A stretch of DNA of 63,105 bases, the filler included, from Sphacelaria rigidula (Eukaryota): NCBI GenBank assembly GCA_964200075.2. It is 10 parts of 10 records of this genome, joined end to end, with 100 filler letters (N's around TTAATTAATTAA, not from the genome) between each part and the next. Parts side by side here need not be neighbours in the genome. Positions count along the whole stretch, not along the records: positions 18,964 to 25,184 come from CAXNAA020021421.1; positions 25,285 to 31,505 come from CAXNAA020021422.1; positions 31,606 to 37,825 come from CAXNAA020021423.1; 7 more parts are not named here. One strand, given 5' to 3'. Position 1 is the stretch's first letter; the number at the start of each line of letters is the position of its first letter. The notes under the pieces were generated by a model. That model was not told the origin of the DNA. It saw only the letters and a program-made list of their open reading frames with translations, and ran no database searches. The position numbers and the translations under genes were made by a program. Shown piece by piece: positions 21,244-33,500 of the stretch.

Positions 21244-23189
21244 GTATAGAACAAAAATACGTATACTCGTAGAAACGGAACGAAAAGGGTTGATATGCAT
21301 GCCTACGGCTATGACGGTCTAGATGGTGTATTGCTGTAACAGAGAACAACCTCGTATCCCCACGTCTTCGCCGCGAGTACGCTGTGCACTGTAACATTGT
21401 ATTGACGAGTTCGAGACAGTTCGAGAGCAGCTGGTGTGTCGGCGGCGTAGTGTACACACAAGTTTCAGGAAACTCCACGGCCAACGCTAGTTTGTTCTTG
21501 GATTCAACTGTACCATCCAGTTCACGATACAGTGAGAGGTTTCGTCGGCAACATGAGCTAGGCGAGGAATGCTGCCAAGTGAGAGTACAGGATCTGGCAC
21601 TACGAATCACACGAACTGGACAAGCTACAGACAGTACAAATCAGTACTATCCGTCAAGGAGAAAAGTTGAACTTCATGTGGTTTGTTCCCTGAAACAGTC
21701 GCAACTACGATGTGGATAATTTTCCATTCATCGCTGCTTCGGCCGACTCGCCGCTTGAGTGCCCAGGTTGCCAAGTGGGAGACTGTTGGATGGGCTGTGG
21801 CGCGCGGGGGGGGGAGAATCGGTATTCAGTAGCTACTGGTCGATTTCACACGATTCGCTGAAACTCATTTTTAGTAAAACCCTGTGAGCGCCCACGTCCA
21901 TTTGACTTTCATGGACACCACCAACACCCATGGTCATTCGCCGGTATCGACGACTTTGCAGACGGGACTTTCAGTACACAATTATTCGGAACAATTATTA
22001 TTTTATTCGAAGGCTTAGCCTTTTGAGCGCCCGCAGATAGACACGTCTTCCATTTTCCAGGTGAACATGTTGTAGTGTCGAATTGACTGCAACCCTCATC
22101 TGCGAACAATTTTCCGGCCGACAATCGAGACGCGGGGGGTGGTTCTGGGTTGGGGGAGAGGGAGTCTGTTCCAAAATCAATCATGAAGCTTACAAAGTCA
22201 ACTCAGCTATCCGTATTGGAGAGTTTTCAGAGGGAGATTTCACGTCGGGCATCAAGGCCGAATGGAGGGGAGTAATCGTTTTGATTTTTTTTCATCTAAT
22301 TAGTCACTGTGTTCTCCTGTAGAAACCCTGAGACCACTTACCTTGCACCCTAGGCGTCTTTGACCATTCGAGTACCAATCTCTCAACCGTTGAAGCACGC
22401 AAGAACATTTGTATATTTCGCTTTTTGGACAATCCTTATTACCTTATTGCCTTGCCTCTTCTCTTGTGAGGTAGCTAGCTTCACGTACTACTGTACCGCG
22501 CAGCACTATGCACGCAGAGACACCCATAGCGTACGCTGCGGTCTGCAGCGGATAGTCACGGCACACGCAGTATTTATGCTGTCGTCATCTCTTGAGACGG
22601 TTTTGAAGTCTCTGCATTGTGTCTGTGAGTAATGCAATACAGCTGCTGTAGTGTGAGACAGGGGTGCAGACAACACAACATCGTAGAGATTGGACAACGT
22701 GATACGCAGTGCAACCAACATCGAAGCATGCACGAAGTGTGCCAGCACTCCGAAAACAAATGCCTCGTGACACAAGTAGTGAGCCACGCCAACTGACGGT
22801 ATGGGTTCTTTTTTTGTAGTGTGCTGTAGTGTAGAGTGCTTGTATACTAGCAGGCTGTTCTAGCCAACCATCCGTAAGCTAGTAGCCATGACGTATTTTC
22901 GGCAACACAAGTAGCGTTGCGTATCTTATCGGTCATGGGCACCCACATGTTCCGGTTGGCTGTCACGGCGACATTTTTCTTCCGTGGGCATCGCACCGCG
23001 CGGACTGCGTCGGGCAACATAGATCCTTTGTCGACTTGATGCATCGGACATCCTTCGACTTCTGCAAAACTGGTCCGTGTGCACCCGTTGGATTGGATGT
23101 CTCGGCCAGATGGAAGAACATGGCGCTATTAACTACGCCTCTTACGCCGCTACACTGTCATTTTGCGGCGCCTCGTGCATCGATGCCAG

Positions 23190-23305
23190 GCGATGTACAT
23201 GACCCCGGAGCTGCGACATGGGCTGTATTCGATCAATCCCAAAGAGATCGGAGAAGAAGCATATGAGCAGGACGCGCTGAAAGACAAGAACAAAGAGAAG
23301 GCCAA
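23190..23305 (+). CDS. USP40-like deubiquitinase, exon 3
   Basis: AMYMTPELRHGLYSINPKEIGEEAYEQDALKDKNKEKA resembles the USP40 segment TLHFTPEFREALFSLGPEELG; CAG acceptor, GTAAGC donor, phase 2 end. Confidence 0.9.
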
Positions 23306-23604
23306 GTAAGCAAGTACTGCAGAGCCGTAGTCTAGAACGCACGAGTATTTCACCTGGAGCGATTCCGAAGATTTTCGAACTCGATTGTGTTAGCGCGAAC
23401 ATATTCTTGTAGTGCAATGTATGGTCAATACCTTTCGTTGTTGTTGATGTGTTCGGCGCTGTTGCGTTCATTTATCTATCGGGTGCTTTGCTCCTGATTG
23501 CTTTGCTGTCGATAGCAAACTGTCGTGATCTACTCAACATCGGCTCGGAACGTTGCATTTGTGTGGTGACACATGTATTGGTCATGTTCTATTCATTTAT
23601 TCAG

Positions 23605-23707
23605 ATTGGCAAAGGAGCGGGCAAAGATCAGGAAACAGGAAGCGGAGGGAAAGGTTCAGCCCGATCCAGAAATCGTGAAGCAGCTCCTCGCCATGTTCCC
23701 GTTGCAG
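23605..23707 (+). CDS. USP40-like deubiquitinase, exon 4 (start of the UBA domain)
   Basis: (K)LAKERAKIRKQEAEGKVQPDPEIVKQLLAMFPLQ; phase matches exon 3; TTCAG acceptor, GTAATT donor. Confidence 0.9.
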
Positions 23708-24084
23708 GTAATTTATTATGAAGGCCGCCGACGCGCAACGAATGCAAGGGGGGAAAGCGGCAAATTCCGCTCAGTTGCCGTTGGAGACCATGAAAAATCG
23801 AATCGCGTAGGTCTCCTGCTAAAAGTAGATAGATGTGGGTGTTTTGTGCGGGAGATTGAGGCTCAAACAGTAACACCGTTACTAACGGAGGATACCACCC
23901 ACTCCCAATGTAATTGTCAGGTTCAGTTTCTCGCCGGGATCGACACCTCACTGAACGACCGATAGTGCATGTGCACTACCGCATTACACTCCCGTATTGT
24001 TGTGGATAAAGTTGAAATCTCTGCTTAGTGCAGTGGGTCTGCCACGCGGCATGACCGCACTAGGCACTGAGGTGGCGTAGATTT

Positions 24085-24403
24085 ATTTTTTGTTTTCGTC
24101 ACATTTTCAACCCTGTCCCTTCCTCGGGATGAGCCCATGTTCGTAAGCCATCAACCCCTCTCTCCCCAGATACACCCCATACAGTTCAATAAGGCGGATT
24201 GGATCAGCACTCCCGCACCGCGTCAAGTGTCGTCAAACGAACTCAGCAATTTTTGCTGCTCACGTCATGACGCTTTCGGCGGCGGAAAATCAAGTACTTT
24301 ACGGATAGATTCCAAACTACAAGCATCCGTTGGGAATCGAACCCACATTCATTTCGACGTAACGGTGTCAGTTGTGCCATTAGATCAATTAGACCACCGG
24401 GCG
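24085..24403 (-). mobile_element. tRNA-derived SINE family B (intronic)
   Basis: Minus strand begins CGCCCGGTGGTCTAA...GGTTCGATTCCC (boxes A and B); core GGGGAGAGA..GGTTGAT...CTCATCCCGAGGAAGG. Confidence 0.75.
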
Positions 24404-24741
24404 CAGCGGCTCAAGTAGCACATTTACTCTCAATTGGTGTGAGGGATAATATATTCCGACCGCCCGTGGAGCCCCACCGTACTCCTATTTCCTCCGTTTT
24501 CCCCCGCGCGCGCAATTCCCCAGGAAGTATTTTTTTTTTCTGTCATTACCCAGAAGTCAGGTTTTCACCACGCAACAAAAATCACATGAATCGCTGTTCG
24601 AAAGTTCATAAATGGGCGGCATCAATATCATGCCATAGTCTATTGACCAAGGAAGCCACGAGGGTACTGGATCATTGTGCTGAAGGTCCCTACCCCCCCC
24701 CCGCCTCCGGAAATTTGCATGTGATGCATACTATTTCGAAG

Positions 24742-24884
24742 GCGGCGCGTCGGGCGGCCCTTAAGACAGACAATGAGAGTTTTGAGGCGGCGCTGGACTG
24801 GGCATTGGCACACAGCGAGGATGATGATTTCAACGCCCCTCTTCCCGGAGAAGATGAGGAGGAGGAGGCCGATGATGACGATAG
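24742..24884 (+). CDS. USP40-like deubiquitinase, exon 5 (rest of the UBA domain and acidic tract); gene continues beyond the contig
   Basis: AARRAALKTDNESFEAALDWALAHSEDDDFNAPLPGEDEEEEADDDD matches the USP5/USP13-type UBA C-terminus; AAG acceptor, GTGTGT donor. Confidence 0.88.
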
Positions 24885-25129
24885 GTGTGTTGTTTGCAGA
24901 GTGGGTCATGACCTGTTCCGGGAGGTGCAGCTTCAGCCGCGTCATTCTCTACCGCAGACGGCCTTTGTGCTGGGTTTTGGGGTCTGTCGCCCCTCCGCAA
25001 CCACCCGCTGTTGTCTGTACAGCCTTGATTAATGCTTGGTATCGTAGTGGGTAATCCAAGAGTTGAGAAACAACAGTGCTGTTTTCTCTGTGTTCGTTCT
25101 GTCGTACTTTTGATCGCACCCCCCCCCCG

Positions 25130-25184
25130 GGAGAAAACGATGGCTATACTAGGGGATAGATGGTTGCCAGAGACGGCGAAACAG
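25130..25184 (+). mobile_element. 5'-truncated LINE C-terminal fragment
   Basis: EKTMAILGDRWLPETAKQ; same family as 36927-37380 and 49587-50290. Confidence 0.8.
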
Positions 25185-25284
25185 NNNNNNNNNNNNNNNN
25201 NNNNNNNNNNNNNNNNNNNNNNNNNNNNTTAATTAATTAANNNNNNNNNNNNNNNNNNNNNNNNNNNNNNNNNNNNNNNNNNNN
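25185..25284. other. Artificial contig linker 4
   Basis: Same 100-nt linker. Confidence 0.99.
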
Positions 25285-26209
25285 GTGCTCCGTCCCGGCT
25301 TTGTAGGGATGCGAGGTCAATGGTCTGATGACTATGGCATGCATGATCATGAGTACACAAAAGGCGGGACCTAGTAAGGCGTAGTCGGAAATGAAGTAGA
25401 TGTGGTTGGCTCATCACAATTCTGTTCGATGTCGTGTAGTCACAGAACAGATGCCCCCTCAATTGTTGGGCCTTTGCAATGCTGTACCGCACCCGACGGC
25501 AGTTCTGAATGTGACGATGACCACGCAAGCGTAGGACCATGAGCCGCACTGCCGTTCATACCCGGATTATGTCCGACCTGATCAGTTCGCTAGGTGGGAG
25601 TAGACATGAGTTAATGCTCTGTACAACGGCCCAACCTTGCCTGATTATTTTTGCTATATCCAGGTAGTGCTCACTGTCTTTCCTCCCGTACCCATAGCTT
25701 TTGCAGTTGATCATCTTTTCAGGGAGCGTCGTTGTTTCTTCCGCAGCATACTTCTCGAGTACAGGCGGCTGCTCTCGCCGCATTTTCTTGTGTGTGTGTG
25801 CGTGCCCCCTAGCGGCAAAAAAGGTGTCCCTTACTTTTCGCACCTGCTCGACATATTTCTCGTTACTTCAGGATCGTGAGCTCCTTTTGGCTGTGTTGTG
25901 TCTGGCAATGGACCAACTGCGACTGCACGTTTCGTACGCGTCTCATGCAGGGCTGCTACTCCCTGTGATCGGAATATCACCTATTCATACTGTCTGTGTG
26001 TGTCACAGCGGCCGCTGCCGATGCAGTAAAGTTAAGAGCAGTGTTCTCTTTTTCGTCACTCGGACTGAACTTCGAAAAATGACATATCATGAAAAAAGAC
26101 CGGGAACATGGCTTTTTGGCGACGACTTCACGTGATACACGCCTCGTCGGAAAATTATGGGTAACCACACGCAGATTGAAATGCCCCGAGTGTGTTGTCT
26201 GCGTGACAG

Positions 26210-26386
26210 ACGACGTCCTTTCCCGAAATGTACGACAACAAGGTGATCGAGGACACTGACGATATCGGGTGGCACTGGGACAAGGACTACGGCATGGAGC
26301 AGCAGGGAATCAACGTGCATCCGTGTCTTGCCACAGTCACGTACTTGTCGTCCAACGGAGGCCCCACGATCATCTTGGATAAAAAG
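26210..26386 (+). CDS. 2OG-Fe(II) dioxygenase-like protein, exon with the HxD motif
   Basis: VIEDTDDIGWHWDKDYGMEQQGINVHPCLATVTYLSSNGGPTIILDKK; AAG|GTATTT donor; exon starts at either 26210 or 26243 (both in frame). Confidence 0.85.
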
Positions 26387-26437
26387 GTATTTCCATGTTT
26401 GGGAGTTTATCTTGATCGATTGGTTTACTCATCAATT

Positions 26438-26690
26438 TATTGATTGATTGATTGTCGCACATTACATGATCCCCTGTTTTAGGAGTCATGATCCAGCCGT
26501 GGTCATTATCCACAAGGTAGACTTACCCAAGGTACAAACAGCACTCAAGAATGACAGCGCGAGGAAGAGGGCAAGGGAGATGAAGGGGACGGCGTAGGCT
26601 GAAGAAAGAGAAAGAGAGCAACAGCGCTCAACATAAACACTCCCAACAGAGATACACACGCACACTCGTGCATGCAAGAGAGAGGAAAAC
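26438..26690 (-). mobile_element. Retroposon 3' end, family C variant (intronic)
   Basis: (TTGA)n TTGTCGCAC...GATCCAGCCGTGGTC on the plus strand. Confidence 0.65.
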
Positions 26691-27468
26691 ATGAGAGGTA
26701 TATGTACCCATATACTGTTTATTTTCTAATTCGAAGCATTTATTCATGTATCGACAAGGGGAGGTTAAAAATGTTTGCCATTTTCCAGTCTTGGAGTTCC
26801 TTGCATGGCAGACATCTACGTCGCGTAGTAGATCAATCGCAATCACCTTAGCACTGCTTTATTAACGTTCATCTTAACGATTACAACGGCTGTGCTGTCT
26901 CCGAAGGTTACAATTCTAAAGCATGCAAGATCTGCTGCGTTTGTCGTGTATTATTTTTGCTCCTGCATCCGTGGGCTGGATAACTACCTTGCAACTTTTG
27001 TGCTTTGTTCGTTTCAATAGTTCATATCGCAGCGTCAGGGACATGCAGTATTTCAAGGATTATTTCGTCTGTTACACTTCCTGCGCCAGACAAGTGTTGC
27101 ACTCGTTGGACGTATAGTAAACAAGTGTGTGGTGTGTAATAATACCGATGCTTGGTTTTACGGCCTTTCTTGCCATGAGACATTTTCTTCATTCGATGAG
27201 CTGGGTCGATGAACAATCAAACAGAGCGCCCCCCTGTGCGGTATTGTAACCTCGAGCTTTTTCACGACGAAGCCTAGTTGTGGAGTTGTTCAGGTGTCAG
27301 ATCACTGGACTTGTGTATTTCCGTCGCAGAGGCAGTCAGTCCTTTGTCCACGTTTGTGGCACTGTCAACTTCGCACTGAACCTCAGGGGTTGTATATCGT
27401 TACCGATATGACCGGTGTATATTCCGCCCCGCCCTCACAAAATGAGGTTTCTCTTGAAAGCTACTTAT

Positions 27469-27810
27469 GCCCCGGTGGTCCAATGATACACCTTACAGCA
27501 CTAGGTCGGAAAAACCGAGGATTTCATTTCCCCCCAGATGTATCTTGTTTAGCTTTATTGTCAAATTTTTAATATCTTATTTCCGTCGTTGAAAACGTGA
27601 CCACGCGAGTCACAAAACGAGCCTTTTTCGCTCAGTGTATCGGACGACGGTCGATAGGGTGCCGGGGTGCCGATCCAATCCACGAAAACAAAACGTATGG
27701 CGTGTACCTGGGGAGAGATGAGTTGATCCCTTGTGACCACAGACTCATCCCGAGGAAGTGGAGGCGGTTAGATGTGAGGCAAAAACATGAAAGCATCGCT
27801 ATCGCCAATT
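27469..27810 (+). mobile_element. SINE family B
   Basis: GCCCCGGTGGTCCAATG head and GGGGAGAGATGAGTTGATCCC...GACTCATCCCGAGGAAG core. Confidence 0.75.
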
Positions 27811-27924
27811 ACCGCTACCGCCCATGAAGGTGCGATATATGAGCATTATCCCATGGTCGACTACCTCGGCGAGTGGGATCTGTGCTCTTGCCTGGCTTGC
27901 AAGGGCGCGACTATCGACTTTCTC

Positions 27925-28020
27925 GTGATACATCGGGAGAGATAGGTTGATCTCTCGAGATCACGGACTAGTTCCGAGGGAAGGTGGGGGTTAAAAGTGT
28001 GACAAATGAAAAATACTAAC
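27925..28020 (+). mobile_element. SINE family B, partial
   Basis: GGGAGAGATAGGTTGATCTCTCGAGATCACGGACTAGTTCCGAGG core. Confidence 0.65.
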
Positions 28021-28204
28021 AATGATATCGGCAAAATCGACATTTTGCGCTCATAGTGTTACAGCCTTCCGGGAGGAAATGTTATGAACTTTGTTTTGGA
28101 CCCCTTGTTATCTTCATACTTCCGACTGGTTCCAGTCCAAGTTGTCATGAAACCAGGTGCACGCACAGTGCTGACGCTGCTGGGCATATGTACCTGGGAG
28201 GCCG

Positions 28205-28535
28205 ATATGTTTCGTCTTCGCTTCGCCACGTCTCGTCCCCTCTCTCTGGACGAGTCCGTGGTCTCAACCAGATCAATCCATCTCTCCCCAGGTGGACTCC
28301 TTGCATATTCGCCGAGGGAATTGGATCATGACCATCAGCACTCCTGCACCGCATCGATTCTCGTCAAGAAACTCGGTCAAACATACTCCTTTTGCTATTA
28401 ATGTCCTCACGCCTTGATGCTTTCAGCGACGGAAAACGACCTGCTTTGAAGAAAGTACCCCACCGCATCTGGCCAAAATCGAACCCGCATTCTACCCTGA
28501 TGATGTCAGTTGTACCATGAGACGCCCCGGGGCGC
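28205..28535 (-). mobile_element. SINE family B
   Basis: Colinear with 24085-24403; box B GGGTTCGATT on the minus strand near 28480. Confidence 0.75.
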
Positions 28536-28849
28536 GATAGAGTGCATCTGCACATGTGACGACCTTGATGCCACAACGTCAACAACACGTTTCAGCCGAC
28601 TCCTGCTTCAACTCCTGCTCTTGCGTGTTGAAGTGCGCGGCGCACCGGAGGATTCACGCGCGACAGTCGTGGTGGATCGGTTGTTATGGAATAATTTGGG
28701 GCGCATTACCTGATCCGCCGCAAATATAGCCACGCTCACAAAACGGACATATCCAAGGTAAACAAAAGAAGACACTCACAGAAGGAAACTTGAAAATGGG
28801 AAGTGAAAAAACAAGGAACCTGAGTTACGATACCTCACATTCGTAGAAG

Positions 28850-29345
28850 GGTATTTGGTAATTTCTGCGTAATTGGCGATTTCCTCAGGTTCTTTCGCTT
28901 GCCACCGTTCATCGCATTGGGCATCTAAAAATACTAGTATCCGCTCCTCATTCCAAGAAAAAACAAACTATCTGTACTCAGTATTGAGCGACTCACGGGC
29001 TGGCCAGTCATCAGGGATCCTGCCACTTTTCAGCCCAGATTCTGATCCTTCGGTATTCTCGGTCGATCGAACCCGTCCCGATCATTTTTGTGAAGAAATG
29101 AATGGGCTTGTTTTTGAACAATATTACCTACCCTTTGCACCAAAGCCGAAAAAATGTGTTTCACTGTCAGTAAAACCCTTCTGATACGCGGAGTATCTAC
29201 TCGTATCGCCCGATAACACCAACTAACACAATTCGGGCACTGTTGTTTGAGGACGATCTGTTTGTTGTACCGAAATTGACGGACGCTTGCATTTTCGAGC
29301 TGTATCAGAAAGCAGTACGCGAGAAAAACCCGAAACAACCCATTA
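28850..29345 (-). repeat. Dispersed repeat family F
   Basis: Reverse-complement homolog of 16155-16650. Confidence 0.8.
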
Positions 29346-30467
29346 CACTTTACACGTGGAAGCAGGGTGCGACTCCGTTATCTTCGACTGCCCAATTGGC
29401 GGAAGAGCGAGATACAAACACCGATTAGATTTGTTTAAGTAAAGCCAAAACAGGAAGGCGAATAAAATGTTGGAAAAAGAAATGATGAAGAAAAAAAGAG
29501 AAGGAACCCGGTAACAAAGCAGAACTTGAACAGAAAACAGAGCTGCCGAGCATCGCCAACGTTGTAAGCCAAGGAAAGACGTGAACAACCGATGAGATAG
29601 GGGTATCAATTTCGATGCTAGCGCCCCTTTTCGTCTCAAAGTCTCACCAGGGGCAAAGCTACCTACCCTATCCACCGATTATCCTTTTGTGCCGGAGGTG
29701 CGGGATGGTTCTCGTCCAGCACAAACTCCTACCTCCATTTCCACCATCATTCGTTTGTTGTTTTGTTCTTCCCCCGCTTTCCCTCAGAACGAGTCTGTAG
29801 TGTCAAGGGGTCAATCCACCTGTCCCCAGTGCCCGCCTTGCCCTATTAATATTGAGACTTGGGTCGAATCCCCCAGCCCCCGTGGACCTCACTCCAGGTG
29901 CTTTTTTGTCAACTGTTGATATCACGTTTTTTATGAAGGCTCGCTCACTAGTGTCAGACGTTCAGTCGACAAATACAATCGGAATTAGTGTTGATGCATC
30001 AGATTTACCACCAGGGCGTGTTTTGGACACGACAAGTTTGATCATGTTCCGGGGAGATTTCATGGCGACTCCACCGCATGTTTGGTCTCCTAGTGCCTTG
30101 CACAGAGCCAACTACCCTACAGAAGTCAGTGAGATGTTCGTGATGGCAACATGGTGAGCTGAACTTATGAGAAATATATAGTCATGACGGTGCCACGTCG
30201 TGTGCCCCCGTCGAACTATATTGTGACAAATGTCGACAATTTTTAACGACAATGCACATTGTATTGGCGATGTGGCATCCGTCCCTCTTGGGCTAATTGA
30301 TCGACGGTGCATCCGTCCTAAGGCCATTCCGTGCCACCTGCGGTGTACTAGGCAGTCGCGAGTGGTGGTCGGAGGTCATCTGTTGTTGGTCGCTCGCAGA
30401 TGTCCGCACTGGCCTACCAAGGGAACCTTCCTCCCCTCCCCCCACCCTCCGGCATTCTTTTCTACAG

Positions 30468-30685
30468 GGGCCGATGGCGTGCGAGGACGTGAAAGGAGTG
30501 TCCGGAGAAGCCACGACGGCTTGGATGTCGTTGCCTCGATTGGGCAAGCATATCAGCTTCGACGGGAGACTCCTGCACGCAGCGCCCGCTGATCTCGCCA
30601 GACCACGCTCCTCGCAAATGTATCCCTCCTCGCCATGTACCGCTGGCGCTGCGGCGGACAGCTCCACAAGTGGTGCTGCTTCAAG
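30468..30685 (+). CDS. 2OG-Fe(II) dioxygenase-like protein, exon with the distal His
   Basis: GPMACEDVKGVSGEATTAWMSLPRLGKHISFDGRLLHAAPADL...; TTTTCTACAG acceptor, phase 0, joins 26386; the donor position is less certain. Confidence 0.85.
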
Positions 30686-30983
30686 GTCTGTAGCTCATCT
30701 ATGAAGTGTGTCGGACTCGGAGATGCCTTGACGTTTCGAGCATACGTTTGCGGTGAAACTGCATCTCTATATCAACTCTTTCAGTAATTCATGTTATTTG
30801 ACGTTTCTCCGCTGCAGGAACGCGCGAACACTCATGTCCGTTGCGTGCGATTTCCTGGCCGATCTTCACATTTATAGTTTCGCTTTCTCTTCCGTAGGTC
30901 GCAATACTCCGGCTCTGTGATGTTCGTGTTTCCCTGCTTTCGCATTTCCTGAATGCTGACGTGTCCACGTGTTTCACCGGCAG

Positions 30984-31118
30984 CGCGAGTGACGCAAAGG
31001 CGCCGACGAGCGGGGTAAAGCGAGAACACGATGGAGGAACGAGGGAAAGAGCAGCATTGATCGCAGCAGGCACAGCCGCTGGCTGTGGAGGAGCGCCCCC
31101 AGCCGCCAGCCGAGCCAG
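30984..31118 (+). CDS. 2OG-Fe(II) dioxygenase-like protein, low-complexity exon
   Basis: CTGAC branch site, CAG acceptor, AG|GTACAT donor; phase 2 at both ends, consistent with the previous exon. Confidence 0.55.
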
Positions 31119-31437
31119 GTACATTGTTTTGTTTTCCGTATCGACTACGGCCTTGGCCCAGGGGACCCCAGTCTCGGTTGGAGCATGTATACGACTTTGG
31201 CATCAAGATCGATATTCTGGTATCAAGAGGGACGCTCCGAAGTTATCCTTTGCCCTATGGTGCGATGGCTGTCTTCTGCTTCTGGTCTCATGCGAAATCC
31301 GGTCTTTGACTCGTTGAGGAAATTTGGGTACATGTATCCAGGTGTATCCAGGTGTATCCAGATCTATGTAGGAAGGAGAAACGGGATGGGCACACTATCA
31401 ATCCCCATTTCGTGGGCTTGGCTTCCAAGCCGGTGTT

Positions 31438-31505
31438 ATGTGTGTGTTGTCGTCCCATTTATTCTGGACGCCAGTCTACCCCTTTCGGGATATGTGGGCG
31501 CATCA
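31438..31505 (-). mobile_element. SINE family A, 3' end (cut by the contig end)
   Basis: GTGTGTGTTGTCGTCCCATTTATTCTGGACGCCAGTCTACCCCTTTCGG. Confidence 0.85.
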
Positions 31506-31605
31506 NNNNNNNNNNNNNNNNNNNNNNNNNNNNNNNNNNNNNNNNNNNNTTAATTAATTAANNNNNNNNNNNNNNNNNNNNNNNNNNNNNNNNNNNNNNN
31601 NNNNN
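31506..31605. other. Artificial contig linker 5
   Basis: Same 100-nt linker. Confidence 0.99.
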
Positions 31606-32399
31606 CGAAGAAATGGTGAATTTGGTGATTTTGAGTCGTGATGATTTGTCCTAACCGTGAAAGCTTTGGGTCTACTGTACTGAATACCACCACTGCTATA
31701 TAATAACTTCCAGATGTGCACCTGCACTCGTTTCCTCATGCACGCGAATTCGCCGACCTACACGTTCCTCGTACAACGTCCAGCCCCAGACGAATCCTCC
31801 TGCGTTCGTCATAAAATACTCCATTTCATGGAAGAAACATGGACGCACCCTGGAGTGCAGTTGATTTGCACATACTCGTACATGATCGAGGGGATGACAG
31901 TAGGTACTAAAACTCTGTATTATATGTATTCCCTCAGGAGTTCAGACGCGAATACACATGCACGAAGTTGATCATTTGCAGACCCCACCCAACATACAAG
32001 GACGCTGATTGACGGCATCCAAGCGAAACTGACCCCCCCATCATAATCCAGCCTACGAGGACGTACCACGCCTGACTGTTATGTTCTGTACACAAGAATC
32101 TCCACCACAAGTCGGTTTACTCATTGCGCCGAGGGGTAAAGACTATTGGGAAGGAAGGGGGGTACGACTCACCACCTCTCTTACCCGCTTACTGGACACG
32201 AGACGAGTATTGTTGGCCACAGGCCGTTGGTTAACAGAAGGAATAACGGGAACGGGTCAAAACATCAACACATCAAACATAAGAAAGAATGTTCATGAAC
32301 AAAAAGGAGGTCCCCTGGGGTGGGGGTGTACTGTACTTTCAGGTTCAGGCTTGTTCTAGACCAGGGATGTCTGTGCAGAAGGTAAGTCTCTAAGCTCTC

Positions 32400-33500
32400 C
32401 CGTCGAGGGCCTTGCCGATGTTCCTGTTCCTCTAATAAGTTACTATTGTACGACTACAAGCGTGGGGTCTCCCTTCTTTCGTGTTCTTTGGACAACGACA
32501 TGGTGAAGGTTTCGGCAACACGTCATAAGTCAGGCCTGAACAGGCCTCGTGCAGTGGACACAACCTTCGATGTCCATGGGACGTGACATGTGGGGCTTCT
32601 CGATGAAGAGATACCTACTCGTTTTTAGGCACATGTTCTAGGGTTCGTCTCGTCATGAGTGTCGTACAATGCGTTTAGTAACTACGTAACTACTGACTGT
32701 TTCGGGACAATGATGAACAGAGGATGAAAATGCTGTTCAGAAATTGACGCACGTGCACTGTTGTTACTGCTGTCTCTCTGTCCAAGAGGTTAACCAGAGC
32801 ACAATATTCAAACACGCGCAGTCGACGGCGGTACGGACTATACCACACGCTGTCCTGTGCGGTACATGCTGACCAGCGTACCGCTTTGCCCTCCATGCCC
32901 TCTCAGTCACACCCCAAGTACAGAGAGTGTGGGGCGTTGCTTGACCATATATTTACGGGTGTCTGAACTCTCGTATATATGTAGGAAAAACAGTGAGCGA
33001 AACTCAATAGTCAAAGTGGCGCATTGGCATCCGATGGCTCGAAATGGATTGCTTTGCGGTCAAACGGCCATTCTATTCCACACGATGTGACACACTCAAC
33101 ACAGAGCGGGTGCAACAACCTGCTTTACCGCACTCGTTGTAATGTGACACGGTATTTCCCGAAGTATAAATGCAGGTACAGACAGCTTTGGTCGCTGCCC
33201 GTACGTTTCCAACGCCAGCTGTCTCGCAACCCATACACCTGCGTCCACATACCCACCACATACATATGGTACAAAGCCTTCAACTCACGGTACCTCGTAC
33301 TGCTTGCTTTGATGACACACGGCGGGCACATACCGGTTGAGTTCGCGGGCAGCTACCGCCGAAATCGTGCCGTGGGCTCCTCCGGGTGCAGCCAAGTACG
33401 TCCAAGAACCAGCTGACAAAAAGCCTCCGGATTCTCTACGTGTATGCCCTTCCCCAGACCGCAAATGGTGTGTCGGTTGCTGTAGGGGCACCTCAGCTGC
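32400..33500 (-). pseudogene. Heavily degraded Ty1/copia-like protease-integrase relic
   Basis: GCD*EGMEGKAVR resembles the CxxC..GK end of the GAG-pre-integrase region; many stops and frameshifts. Confidence 0.3.

Noticed and set aside
20528..31118. Functional linkage between the USP and dioxygenase genes
   Set aside because: They lie on different contigs separated by an artificial linker.
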